DNA of 64,000 bases from contig NC_042998.1 in the NCBI RefSeq assembly GCF_006345805.1, positions 33,666,001 to 33,730,000 on the forward strand, in the 5' to 3' direction. Within the stretch, counting starts at the first letter, position 1. Each line of letters starts with the position of its first letter. The position numbers and the translations under genes were made by a program. The notes under the pieces were generated by a model. That model searched no databases. It was not told where the DNA came from and was given only the letters and a program-made list of their open reading frames with translations. Shown here one piece after another: positions 13,956 through 26,204 of the stretch. The DNA is from Octopus sinensis. Taxonomy: Eukaryota.

Positions 13956-14102
13956 ATAGGCGATGGTAGCTGTCAAAAAATTGCCGAGTGCTATCCGTCG
14001 GCCAAAGCTGGCATGTTTACAGAGTCGTCTTTACAAACTCATGTTAATACCGTATATAAAGGCTATGCATTTTATGTTAATAACAATATTTATATGTATA
14101 CA

Positions 14103-14481
14103 TGTGGAGGCGCAATTGCCCAGTGGTTAGGGTAGCGGACTCACGGTCGTGGGATCGCAGTTTCGATTCCCAGACCGGGCGTTGAGTGTTTATTGAGCGA
14201 AAACACCTAAAGCTCCACGAGGCTCCGGCAGGGGGTGGTGGAGAACCCTGCTGTACTTTTCACCACAATTTTCTCTCACTCTTTCTTCCTGTTTCTGTTG
14301 TACCTGTATTTCAAAGGGCCAGCCTTGTCACACACTGTGTCACACTGAATCTCCTCGAGAACTACGTTAAGGGTACACGTGTCTGTGGAGTGCTCAGCCA
14401 CTTGCACGTTAATTTCACGAGCAGGGTGTTCCGTTGATCGGATCAACTGGAACCCTCGTCGTCGTAACCGACAGAGTGCCA
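14103..14481 (+). mobile_element. tRNA-derived SINE family A1, full length
   Basis: ggaggcgcaattgcccagtggttaggg...gtttcgattccc head; 3' end gtcgtaaccgacagagtgcc. Confidence 0.9.
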
Positions 14482-14859
14482 CGATATGTATACCTATGTG
14501 TGTGCGTGTGCATACATGTATGCACACATATGACTGCCTGGAGACCATGTGGTTGGAAAGCAAGCTTCTTTATTTCATAAAATTGGCTATGAAAGCCGTA
14601 CACAGATGAAGAAGCTGCTGGCTGGACAAAGACATTAATGAGATGAGATGAATGATGAACAGGATGGTATTAATGAGAGAAGGCAAAAGACGCCCGCCGC
14701 CGCCGATCTTTGCTTCTCTAAAACATTGTTCTTTTGTGAACTTACAATTTGAGGCAATAAACCTCTTACCAATATTTCATTTGGACTCATGGTCCTTACA
14801 ATGAGGCACTAAGCCTCTTACCTCCAATGACCTCATGTCTTTGAAATGAGGCACTTTTA

Positions 14860-15203
14860 GTCTTTTAGTCGAAAAAAATCGACCTCTGGAATAATCCTTT
14901 GTAAGCCTGATACTTATTCAATCGGTTACTTCTGCCGAACCGCTAAGTTACTTTGATATAAACACAACAACATCGGTTGTCAAGTGACGGGGTGTGAGGA
15001 CAAAGACAGACACAATGACACACATAAATATTTACATTTATATACGACGGGCTTCTTTCAGTTTTCGTCTACCAAATCCGCTCAAAAGGCTTTGGTCGGC
15101 CCGAGGCTATAGTAGACGACACTTGCCCAAGGTGCCACGCAATGGGACTGAACTCGGAACCATGTGGTTGGGAAGCAAGCTTCTTACCAGACAGCCACGC
15201 CTG
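14860..15203 (-). mobile_element. SINE family B
   Basis: Reverse complement of family B. Confidence 0.85.
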
Positions 15204-15707
15204 CACACACACATACACACACACACACACACAAATATATATATATGAGGTGTGTGTGTTTGTGTGTGTCTGAAGTGTATGTGTTTGTGCAACTGTGTCC
15301 GTGTACCCATTAGTATGTTTATGCCCTATTAACTAAACAGTTGCTAGTCATCGATAAATGCGGTACCAGACTTTTAAAAATGATAATGGTGTCGCTATAA
15401 CGAGCTAAACACTCGAAGGCGGTGCCGACAAACAACTTAATAAGGAATCTAGAACATTTATTAAACTGCTTCCTACACGAAGCTCACACATTTACAGTAG
15501 AAATAGTGAGTGGGAGCAATCGACACTCATTATCTATTGTTTACAATGAAAACTGGGTAATTGGCTGGGTCATTAAAGCGCTAATAATAGAATCCTATGT
15601 AAATATAATACATGTATTGCAGAGGATGAGCTATTCACAAGAATTATAAAATGACAAAAGGCTATTTGCAAACGTTATTGACTTTGCTTTGCAGTAGCTT
15701 TCGTATT

Positions 15708-16240
15708 TCGTGGCATTCCGTCGGTTACGACGACGAGGGTTCCAGTTGATCCGATCAACGGAACAGCCTGCTCGTGAAATTAACGTACAAGTGGCTGAGC
15801 ACTCCACAGACACGTGTATCCAGGCAGTCATATGTGTGCATGCATGTATACATATCGTGGCACTCCGTCGGTTACGACGACGAGGGTTCTAGTAGATCCG
15901 ATCAACGGAACAGCCTGCTCGTGAAATTAACGTGCAAGTGGCTGAGCACTCCACAGACACGTGTACCCTTAACGTAGTTCTCGGGGAAGATTCAACATGA
16001 CACAGAGTGTGACAAGGCTGGCCTCTTTGAAATACACGTTCAACAGAAACAAGAAGAAAGGGTGAGAGAAAGTTGTGGTGAAAGAGTACAACAGGGTTCA
16101 CCACCACCCCCTGCTGGTGCCTCGTGAAGATTTAAATGTTTCCGCTCAATAAACACTCACAACCTCCGGTCTGAGAATAGAAACCACGATCCCATGACCT
16201 CGAGTCCGCTACTCTAACCACTGGGTCATTGCGCCTCCAC
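15708..16240 (-). mobile_element. SINE family A1 (15857-16240) plus an extra 3' fragment (15708-15817)
   Basis: Reverse complement of 14103-14481; 3' end occurs twice. Confidence 0.88.
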
Positions 16241-16330
16241 TATGCAAATATAATACATGTATTCCAGAGGATGAGCTACTCACAAGAATTATAAAATGAC
16301 AAAAGTCTATTTTCAAATGTTATTGACTTA

Positions 16331-16563
16331 TTATTTCTTTATTGCCCACAAGGGGCTAAACATAGAGGGGTCAAACAAGGACAGACAAACGGATTAAGTC
16401 GATTACATCGACCGCAGTGCGTAACTGGTTCTTAATTTATCGACCCCGAAAGGATGAAAGGCAAAGCCGACCTCGGCGGAATTTGAACTCAGAACGTAAC
16501 GGCAGACGAAATACGGCTACGCATTTCGCCGGACGTGTTAACATTTCTGCCAGCTCGCCGCCT
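16331..16563 (-). mobile_element. SINE family C with probable ~13-bp target-site duplication
   Basis: Flanked by aatgttattgact / aacgttattgact. Confidence 0.85.
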
Positions 16564-16802
16564 TTACAACGTTATTGACTGACCCTTGCTGTAGCATCGT
16601 CCAATCATTTTGCCAATTTCTATTTCACGACTGAAAACTTAACCAACCCGTTTAATCTCTCCCTCCTGATTAGATATACTTTTAATATTTGCCTGGTTAA
16701 ATGCCTCTGCTGTTATAGTAACTTTATTCTTTTATTTGTTTCAGTCATCTGACTGCGTCCATGCTGGAGCACCGCCTTTAATCGAAGAAATCGACCGCAG
16801 CT

Positions 16803-16969
16803 GAAGAATGGATAAAAATTCCTTTGGAAACAATTCAAACTTTGTATGAGTACATACCTCCTAGAATTCTAGCTGTAATTATTGCCAAAGGCGGTTCTAC
16901 TCCATATTAAAATGAATTTATTTGAAATTTTAAATTTTAAGGTGTTTCCATTATTTTGTTCAACCCTTG
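16803..16969 (+). mobile_element. Tc1-like transposon 3' end (transposase C-terminus and right terminus)
   Basis: Translates EEWIKIPLETIQTLYEYIPPRILAVIIAKGGSTPY*, a typical Tc1 C-terminus; ends ttttgttcaacccttg followed by TA. Confidence 0.85.
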
Positions 16970-16992
16970 TATATATGTGTATATATAGGTGT

Positions 16993-17034
<42 letters not shown>

Positions 17035-17221
17035 TATTATTATTATTATTATTATATGTAGAAAAATACAAACTGGGACAAGAACGCAAAACACTTAGAA
17101 GACGATACAAAAAACACGGACGGGACATTCGAAGCCCTCAATCTTCAGTCAAGAACCGGATCATCGTAGCAATTTCGGCTGATTAATCGTGAGATCGCTC
17201 CGATCCGGCCAGCCCCCAGGA

Positions 17222-17290
17222 AAAACTAAGCTACGAGCATTAGAAAACCTAAGCTACGAGCATTAGAAAAACTAAGCTACGAGCATTAGA
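17222..17290. repeat. 3 x 22-23-bp tandem repeat
   Basis: aaaactaagctacgagcattag three times. Confidence 0.9.
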
Positions 17291-17411
17291 TTTCTTGGAA
17301 GAAGGATCGAATGTATACGAAAAGGGAGACAGAAAAACGGACGATGCCACACGAATATAAAATACAAAAAACAATAATGAAATACAAAAAACAAAAATGA
17401 AATACAAAAGG

Positions 17412-17459
<48 letters not shown>

Positions 17460-17814
17460 GGTTTTTATTCTTTTGATAATTATGTTATTATCATAATAGT
17501 TTTATTATTTCTGGATTCATATAACTATTATTTCAATAGTTAAGTTTGTGTTTACATATTTAATGGAATTGGCACACAAAAATCTTTTTCACTTTGGTGA
17601 GAAAAGGACTACATATTAATGATCAGTATTATATCAATTGTTTCCTCTAGTACGAGAGATAAATTGAAGCAGGTTTCAGTCTTACGCCTCTTCATTGGAG
17701 TACAGACTTCACTTTTCTTGTGAGAGGGAGCCACTGTGTATAGATATAATGTTGTAGAAAAATACTGTATTTTAACCAATACATTTTCACTGCACCGTTA
17801 ATTTAACTATTAGT

Positions 17815-18173
17815 TACGTTTTGGTTATCTCAACCCCATTAAAAATTTGTCATTAAAAAATTGGGTTATCTCCCCATTAAAATGCTGAGTTTGTGCGGCG
17901 ACAAGTGATTGGATTACAAGAGTTCGATCCTTTTGATTCAATACTTCAACACATTACTGACTTTTGGCCCCCTCAATAGGAATGGTATGATTTGTTATAA
18001 AAATGTTATTAGACATAGGCGCAGGAGTGGCTGTGTAGTAAGTAACTTGCTTACCAGCCACATGGTTCCGGATTCAGTCCCACTGCGTGGCACCTTGGGC
18101 AAGTGTCTTCTGCTTTAGCTTCGGGCCGACCAAAGCTTTGTAGACGGAGACTGAAAGAAGCCCGTCGTATATA

Positions 18174-18206
<33 letters not shown>

Positions 18207-18568
18207 CTGTTTGTCCCCCAACATCGCTTGACAACCGATGCTAGTGTGTTTACGTCCCCGTAAATCAGCGGTTCGGCAAAAGGGACCAATAGAATAAGTC
18301 TTGAGGTAGATTTCTTCGACTAAAGGCGGCGCTCCAGTATGGCCGCAGTCAAATGCCTGAAACAAGTAAAAGAATAGATTCAATACGATGTTTAATCCTT
18401 GCAGTTTTCATGCTTATTTTTTCCGTTTTCATTTCTTTTTCTTTGCTGTATTGTCGCTTAAAAAATTATTTTAGTTGGGTGAAATAATCAAAAGTACCGA
18501 CATATTTCATAAAACGGGGGGGGGGCTAACCCAATTTTTTAATGGGGGTGAGATAACCAAAAGGTACC
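17815..18568 (+). mobile_element. MITE (ends ttttggttatctc / gagataaccaaaa) interrupted by a family B SINE at 18018-18373
   Basis: Inverted termini; homologous copies at 33653-34070 (-) and 54174-54640 (+). Confidence 0.85.
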
Positions 18569-18619
18569 AAGTATTATTTTTGACGTGAATATCTTCTCTA
18601 AGCTATCTACTCTCTAAAA

Positions 18620-19000
18620 GTGGAGGCGCAATGGCCCAGTGGTTAGGGCAGCGGACTCGCGGTCATAGGATCGCGGTTTCGATTCCCAGACCGGGCGTTG
18701 TGAGTGTTTATTGAGCGAAAACACCTAAAAAGCTCCACGAGGCTCCGGCAGGGGATGGTGGTGATCCCTGCTGTACTCTTTCACCACAACTTTCTCTCAC
18801 TCTTACTTCCTGTTTCTGTTGTACCTGTACTTCAAAGGGCCGGCCTTGTCACTCTCTGTGTCACGCTGAATATCCCCGAGAACTACGTTAAGAGTACACG
18901 TGTCTGTGGAGTGCTCAGCCACTTACACGTTAATTTCACGAGCAGGCTGTTCCGTTGATTGGAATCAACCGGAACCCTCGTCGTCGTAACCGACGGCGTG
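18620..19000 (+). mobile_element. SINE family A1, full length, with probable TSD
   Basis: Same as 14103; flanked by tactctctaaaa on both sides. Confidence 0.9.
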
Positions 19001-19562
19001 CTTCCATTCATACTCTCTAAAACTCATTATCACGATAAAGGTACAAGGTAGATTTAGATGAATGATGTTGTTATTCAGCTCTATTGAACACCAGTCGAGG
19101 AGGCCCATGTTCAAAATTAACCCAAGCGTTTTATTTTGTTTTTTTTTTTGTTTTGCTTTTTGCTGGATCTTTTCCTTCTTATGCGCAAAGGTTGTAATTT
19201 GATGAACGTGTGACTACTATTTCTAGCGCAGCGGACGATGAGTAGTGTTAATTTTCGAATTAACAAGCTGTACCTAGAACCCTTCTCACCCTCTGTAACC
19301 AAGTACTTAAGAGCCTGAAATCCGAAAGTACACCTATCTACTTTTATTACCCATTCCTTTACAATATATACTGTCAAGTGGTCCACATTTTTCACGCTAC
19401 AGTGCACGAATATTGCTCATATTTGATCTTCTTTCCACATCGGTTGATAGGGTTTGACACAGCGTGAAGGCCGACCTGAATAATTAGCCAAAATATAGGA
19501 TCTGAAGGAACTCATAATTAGGTCGCAGCTCGAGGACGATCATGTTGTGTGAGTGTGTGCGT

Positions 19563-19600
<38 letters not shown>

Positions 19601-20003
19601 GTGGTGTGTATGTGTGTGTGTGAGTGTGTATGTGTGCGTGTGTGTGGTGTGTGTGTGTGTGTGTGTGTGCGTGCGCATGTGTGGTGTGCGTGCGTGCGTG
19701 TAATTAGTGTAAAAGGGTAGGGGTTTTGCCAACTTTTCCCTATTAACGTCCAACAAAATATATCGCTATGTGAGCACATTTCCGATTTGATTTTAATAAA
19801 GCATTTACTATGGCTCATAAATGTGGATGAGGGTGTATGTCGCGAGGAGAAAAGAATCTTTGGGTGTTTTAAGTCAAGAAACATTCTTTTAAAAACGTTA
19901 GAAATAGAACTGACAATACATGAATACGTGCATGCATGCATACATACAAACATACATTTATATACATATATATATCCACACACACACACATTTTATATAC
20001 ATA

Positions 20004-20397
20004 CTAGCAGTATCGCCCGTCATTGCTCGGGTTTGTAAGGGAAATAACTATATAAGCATTTTTAGGGAGTTATAGCCAAAAAATAGCAAAAAATGCATTA
20101 AAAATGGGAAAAAAATGATGGTAATTTTTTTTTTAAATCGTTGACTCATCGTAGACATTTTTAGAGTTACTTCCGTTATATAATAGCGAAAAAATGCATT
20201 AAAATGGAAAAAAATGATGGTAAATTCTTTTTAAATCGTAGACTCATCGTAGACGCGCGCTAATACCCAGAAGGGCTCGATATGAATCACGACTATAAGA
20301 TACCCGGTTTTGGTTAAACTGCACCGCAAAATGTGGGAGTAGTTAGGAATCTAAATCGTAGGAGACAGACACACAACCTTACTTTTATATATAAAGA
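20004..20397 (-). mobile_element. Non-autonomous Helitron
   Basis: On minus: 5' TC(tttatatataaaa), 3' hairpin cccgagcaatgacggg then CTAG; sits between A and T. Confidence 0.8.
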
Positions 20398-20985
20398 TAT
20401 AGTATATATGTACACATGATATGTACGTACACACATACACACACACGTGTGTGTGTGTATATACATAAATATGTAAGTGTATATATATGTATGTGTATAT
20501 ATATATATGTACGTATATATATATATATATATATAATATATATATATGTAGGTATATATGTATGTATGTATGTACGTACATATATATAAGTACGTATATG
20601 TATATATATATATATATATGTATGTACGTATATATATATATTGGTTTGTGTTCTCAGTTACGATTTGCTTTCGAATACGACCAGGATCAAATCTGCCTCT
20701 TGTCCTTCTGCGTTCGATAATTTCCCAGAAACGAGTGGTATGACCTTGTTCATATGATAACAAAAATTTATACATCGTTCATCAGAGGAGGATCCATGGA
20801 TGGAGCCTCTACGTGGTCATAGCCTCAGCTAGAAATAGCAGCCAAATATCCTTCGGCCTACCGTCTTAAGAAATAGGAAAGATGTGTTGGACAACAGTAA
20901 CTCCTGATATACAAAATCGACTGGATGGATGGTCATAACTCCAAGGCTTTTGATCATAGTTTTGTTTTATCAGGGTGGTGGTGGC

Positions 20986-21036
<51 letters not shown>

Positions 21037-22931
21037 TAATGTTAACTTCCAGCCCAGCCCTGATCGATCAAACATCTTTTTATTCTTTAACTGTTTGCGG
21101 CCATTGGATAATGCCAGTGCATTTTTAGCAAGGACTTTTAGTCCCTCATACCGACCCCGGGACTTCTTTTACTCAGATACTTGTTAATGGACCCTTTTGA
21201 TTGCTAGTTTATTTTACTGGACCCTCATAGCCATTCGATATTTAAACGACCCTATTGTATTTTTAGTAATTAAATATTATAAGGATTTATATAAACACTA
21301 TTGTTTGAATATTCTGTGTATTAAAGAAGCCTAACAGATTTATTGCACATAAACTTTAGCAACAAAATCTTATATTTTAACCCCCCGAAGGCCATACGGA
21401 TGTCGGTTGAGAACTTCTGCTTTAAGCGAATACTTCTGATTTCAGCTGTGTTAAAGGAAGCGATTTGTAAAACAGTGGTAAGGCATGACAGACATTTTGT
21501 TTGATATGACTCAATCATCTCAAAACGTACGAAGTCGGATAATAATGTTGTTGTGGTTATGATAATATTAGTCATGGTGGTGGAGATGGTGCCGCGCTAC
21601 TGTTCAGTTAGAACCATGGTAGTGGTTTTAATTTTAAAGAAATTATACGTATATATGAGCGCCATACACATGTGTGTATGATTTTAAAATGCTCCAGTTA
21701 GACGGGTAAAATTGTCCTTAGGGTCCTCCTAACAATATGATAACAGTTTGAAGTTAAAACAGGAAAATACAAAAAAATAAAAGAGCAAAGATACTCAACA
21801 AAAACAACATTCAGTATTTATTTATTATTTATATCACTGTCGCGTCTACGAAAAACAAGTTTTAGAATTTACTGTACCGCATTACTGGCAATGCGTATAA
21901 TAACACCCACAGGACCTCATCTAACTGTAGTTGGTCTTAAATCAAAGTTATTTTCTCTTTTATACTGGATATAATAAAGTGAGATATGTCAACCGTTTCA
22001 ACCATCTGACAACAGCGAAAACAAAAGCAAAACAAAAATAGATTAACACTGAAGATAACTCTAAGAGATTCATTTACAATTGTTGTTTAAGTAGAAACGA
22101 GTTTTAAAAAAGACGCTCGCAGGATTAATTACAATGATTGAGAGATTACACTTGTTAACTTGGTACTTAAAGAAGTTAATTTGAAGTGGAGATCTTTCAC
22201 AGAATGAATGTTTTCATACTGAAATAGTGTTTCAATTGTTTTTCATTTTATCTCAACGTATATCTAGATATACATCTTTATCTATCTTTCCAACCATCCA
22301 GCTATCTCCATATATACGATATCTGTTTTACAGCTTACTAGCGTCTTACTTGAACCTGATATACTTTTGCTGTTGTGTGGAGTATTCTTACAGAAAAATA
22401 TTCTCTTCCTATAGCCCTCAGCTTCTAATACAGTATCAAGGCTCTGTAGTGACATATGGCGTTTTTATAGCATTTTAAATCCGGCAGAGTCTATCTCTTT
22501 TCAGCTTCGAACACAGGTGACTTCATCTTAAATGTAGTGAAAAGTTGATTCCGATAAGATTTGAACTCAGAGAGCCAGCTCTGTCCAGCTTTCTAATGAT
22601 TCTGCCAGCTGAAAGCCTCAGAGAGCATTGTTCGAGGATGTGTAGATACTTTCTGAGGCTGTCATGGAACGGCAGGCAAGATGCCATAAAAGAGCTAACG
22701 GAATAATAACAGTGGCTGATCATCGTCTGGATGGTTTGTAAAATATTTATAACACTTGCTTCCATGTTCGTGGATTACTGAATATAAATGTTTAAGGTGT
22801 CTTTATGTCTTCAAAGGGGCAATTATTATGAACATGACATCTTGATTGGAAACATTAATATCGTAAGAAAACTATTGGAAGTTAGCAACTTGCTAGTCTC
22901 CATTTACAAGCTTGTTACCAGTCCAATTGTG

Positions 22932-23250
22932 AGGGCGCGTGGCTTAGTGGTTAGGGCATTCGGCTCATGATCGTAAGGTTGTGAGTTCGATTCCCGGCGA
23001 CGCGTTGTGTCCTTGAGCAAGACACTTTATTTCACGTTGCTCCAGTTCACTCAGCTGGCAAAAATGAGTTGTACTTGTATTTCAAAGGGTCAGCCTTGTC
23101 ACTCTCTGTGTCACGCTGATTACCCCCGAGAACTACGTTAAGGGTACACGTGTCTGTGGAATGCTCAGCCATTTGCACGTTAATTTCACGAGCAAGCTGT
23201 TCCGTTGATCGTATCAGCTGGGACCCTCGTCGTCGTAACCGGCGGAGTCT
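22932..23250 (+). mobile_element. SINE family A2, full length
   Basis: Head gggcgcgtggcttagtggttaggg...gagttcgattccc, gtgtccttgagcaagacac, 3' body shared with A1. Confidence 0.88.
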
Positions 23251-24329
23251 TTTAGACCAGTCCAATTATGATTGAGGTATATTCGAAACCGTAATAAAGC
23301 CATTCACTGTATTTTGTGGTGAAGAAAATTTCTCTCGATAGACAAATAGATGTAAGTACACCGAATCAGTTCACAGTGTTCGCTAACCAGACTGTTGGCT
23401 GCATGCATTTCGAAGTGATTAGCTCTTCTTCAGCAACAGACATCGGAAAGGCAGACATTGGGAACTAACACGAGAGATAGGTCCTTCTTATGATATTCCG
23501 GTCATCGTTCAATGACTAGTTGTTCTATTCAACGGATCGCCTTTGTATTTTCAAATCTCACTGTGGCCGAATTTGCCTTTCATAGTTTCAGTTTCGATAA
23601 TATAAGTACTAGTTGAGCACTGGGGTCGATATAATCGACAAACCCTCTCTTCCAAAATTTCAGGCCTTGTGCCTGTTGTAAGGAGAATTATTATATGTTT
23701 GTGTTAGGTGAGTTCTCATTGAGTAGAGCCACCACTGGTCTAAACGGTAGCGATGAATTACTATTCGAAGGCTTATCGGTTCCCATTCTAACACCTGTAC
23801 CTCTGCGTACAAGTCAAGACCGAAGCGCATACAGGTTCACTCCTACTTGTAACTAGCTGCTCACATTAGACTCCTCTAACCACTTTAAGGAACAGGAATA
23901 TGTTGGTTTGCAGTGCTAAGCACAAATTGTTTTATGGATTTAAAGATGTTGAGATATTATTCCAGTTTTCGAAATCAAGATCATAGAACCGACTAACAGT
24001 TATAGTTGACCTTATCCTATTCCGAAGTCTGAAACTTAACAAGAAGGAGTTAGATCTAAATGCTTTGTGATATTTACTCTGATGCCATCTCATCTCCACC
24101 AATAGGCCAAGCTACCAAACATAACTTTAACAAAAATAACGACCTCCATACTGTCTTTAAGTATAAGTTTGCAAACTGAACCAACAAAGAGGAGTTCCGA
24201 CTAAATGAAATCTCCAAGCGGTTTAATTGCACAAGTCTCCGATATGCAAGTGGCTAGAATATGTCAGCAGAAGGACATTCTGGAGTCATGACCTGAATGC
24301 AGCCCGGCCCCCATTGAAGGTGTAAGAAG

Positions 24330-25040
24330 TTAAAGGCCGACACACTTGCCTGACTGGGGATCCTTCTCTGAAGGCCTTCTGCCGTTCAACCCTAAACGCT
24401 TGCCTGACTGGAGATCCTTCTCTGAAGGCCTTCTGGCGTTCAGTTCTAAACGCTTGCCTGACTGGGGATCCTTCTCTGAAGGCCTTCTGCCGTTCAGTTC
24501 TAAACGCTTGCCTGAGTGGGGATGCTTCTCTGAAGGCCTTTTACCGTTCAGCTCTAAACGCTTGCCTGACTGGGGATCCTTCTGTGAAGGCCTTCTGCCG
24601 TTCAACTCTAAACGCTTGCCTGACTGGGGATCCTTCTCTGATGGCCTTCTGCCGTTCAGCTCTAAACGCTTGCCTGACTGGGGATCCTTCTCTGAAGACC
24701 TTCTGCCGTTCAGCTCTAAACGCTTGCCTGCTTGAGGATCCTTCTGTGAAGGCCTTTTACCGTTCAGTTCTAAACGCTTGCCTGACTGGGGATCCTTCTC
24801 TGAAGGCCTTCTGCCGTTCAACTCTAAACGCTTGCCTGAGTGGGGATCCTTCTCTGAAGACCTTCTGCCGTTCAGTTCTAAATGCTTGCTTGACTGTGGA
24901 TGCTTCTCTATAGGCCTTCTACCGTTCAGTTCTAAACACTTGCCTGAGTGGGGATGCTTCTGTGAAGGCCTTCTGCCGTTCAACTCTAAACACTTGCCTG
25001 AGTGGGGATCCTTCTGTGAAGGCCTTCGGCCGTTCAGTTC
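24330..25040 (-). CDS. Putative coding segment: 18-aa repeat (LELNGRRPSEKDPQSGKR)n, peptide-precursor-like
   Basis: Stop-free across all 13 units; several unit differences are synonymous in this frame; no ATG, and an in-frame TAA lies at 25041-25043. Confidence 0.35.
   Translation of the reverse strand, partial: ELNGRRPSQKDPHSGKCLELNGRRPSQKHPHSGKCLELNGRRPIEKHPQSSKHLELNGRRSSEKDPHSGKRLELNGRRPSEKDPQSGKRLELNGKRPSQKDPQAGKRLELNGRRSSEKDPQSGKRLELNGRRPSEKDPQSGKRLELNGRRPSQKDPQSGKRLELNGKRPSEKHPHSGKRLELNGRRPSEKDPQSGKRLELNARRPSEKDLQSGKRLGLNGRRPSEKDPQSGKCVGL
24340..25040. repeat. 54-bp tandem array, 13 units
   Basis: Unit ttgcctgactggggatccttctctgaaggccttctgccgttcaactctaaacgc; no indels between units. 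Confidence 0.97.
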
Positions 25041-25046
25041 TTACCA

Positions 25047-25112
25047 CTAAAGGATGAAATAATAGAGAACAGAAGAAAAGAAACATATAGAGTATTCCAG
25101 AAGAGTGTCAGT
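25047..25112 (-). promoter_or_regulatory. Candidate splice acceptor with polypyrimidine tract and branch point
   Basis: Minus strand: ctgac...tttcttttcttctgttctctattatttcatcctttAG, with no other AG after the ctgac. Confidence 0.5.
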
Positions 25113-25497
25113 TTGTATAGTTAAAATATTTTCTTTAGAAAAAAAAAAAACGTTACAGTTAACCTTCAGACATTAAATCATGGCTACAACCACCTTAATA
25201 GACAGGCAAAGTGGTGACACATCAACGCTGGTGAATAAAAAATAAAAAAACACGAACATAATAGAAATAAATTCATCATCAACAGCAACAATAACAACAA
25301 CAACAATGATGAGAATTTGTTTATTCATTTATTGAAGCGAAACTGCAACAGAGAGCGAAGCATTTCAAAACAATTAAATATTTGGCATATTTTGGGTGTA
25401 TGTAACTACAATATATAAAATCCAACCAACAATAATGCAGAACAATAATACAAATACGTAGAAACATAGAAGACAAACGTGTACAAATATGGGTTTG

Positions 25498-25540
<43 letters not shown>

Positions 25541-25611
25541 GTAAAAGAATAAAAGAATATATATATGTGTGTGTGTTAGTATATAAGTATATACATGTAT
25601 GTGTGTCTATA

Positions 25612-25810
<199 letters not shown>

Positions 25811-26204
25811 GGGTAGGGTAGGGGGTAGTTAGTGCTTGGGTATAAAATGTTTTATTATAAAACGCCTTTTACATTTCCCAGCAATAAAAGGAGTCACTGC
25901 ATATTGTTTACTTCCCACCGTGTTTACTCATGTTTATATGCTTTGAATTATCTCTTTAGATATTCCAAAGAATTTAAAGCTAGCACTGAAAGTTACGACG
26001 TTTCATATACGGACACGTCTGTATAAACAATGCGAGTGATGACAGAAAAAATCAAATGACAGGCGTATATACATATTTCAAGAGTTATTACCCTTTCATC
26101 AACGCCAATCAGACCTGTCAACCAACGACGAACGTATTATTGAAATAGCCAAACAAGTTTAGCGGTGTAACACTTCTGGACAGACCGATTTACATATTCT
26201 TTTC

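Noticed and set aside
17115-17160. Minus-strand CTGAAGA...GAAT as another hammerhead
   Set aside because: Lacks GAAA and convincing stems
18620-18695. SINE heads as functional tRNA genes
   Set aside because: A/B boxes present but no full cloverleaf, and each continues into a SINE body
24340-25040. CRISPR-like array
   Set aside because: Units are contiguous with no unique spacers, no cas genes, eukaryotic context
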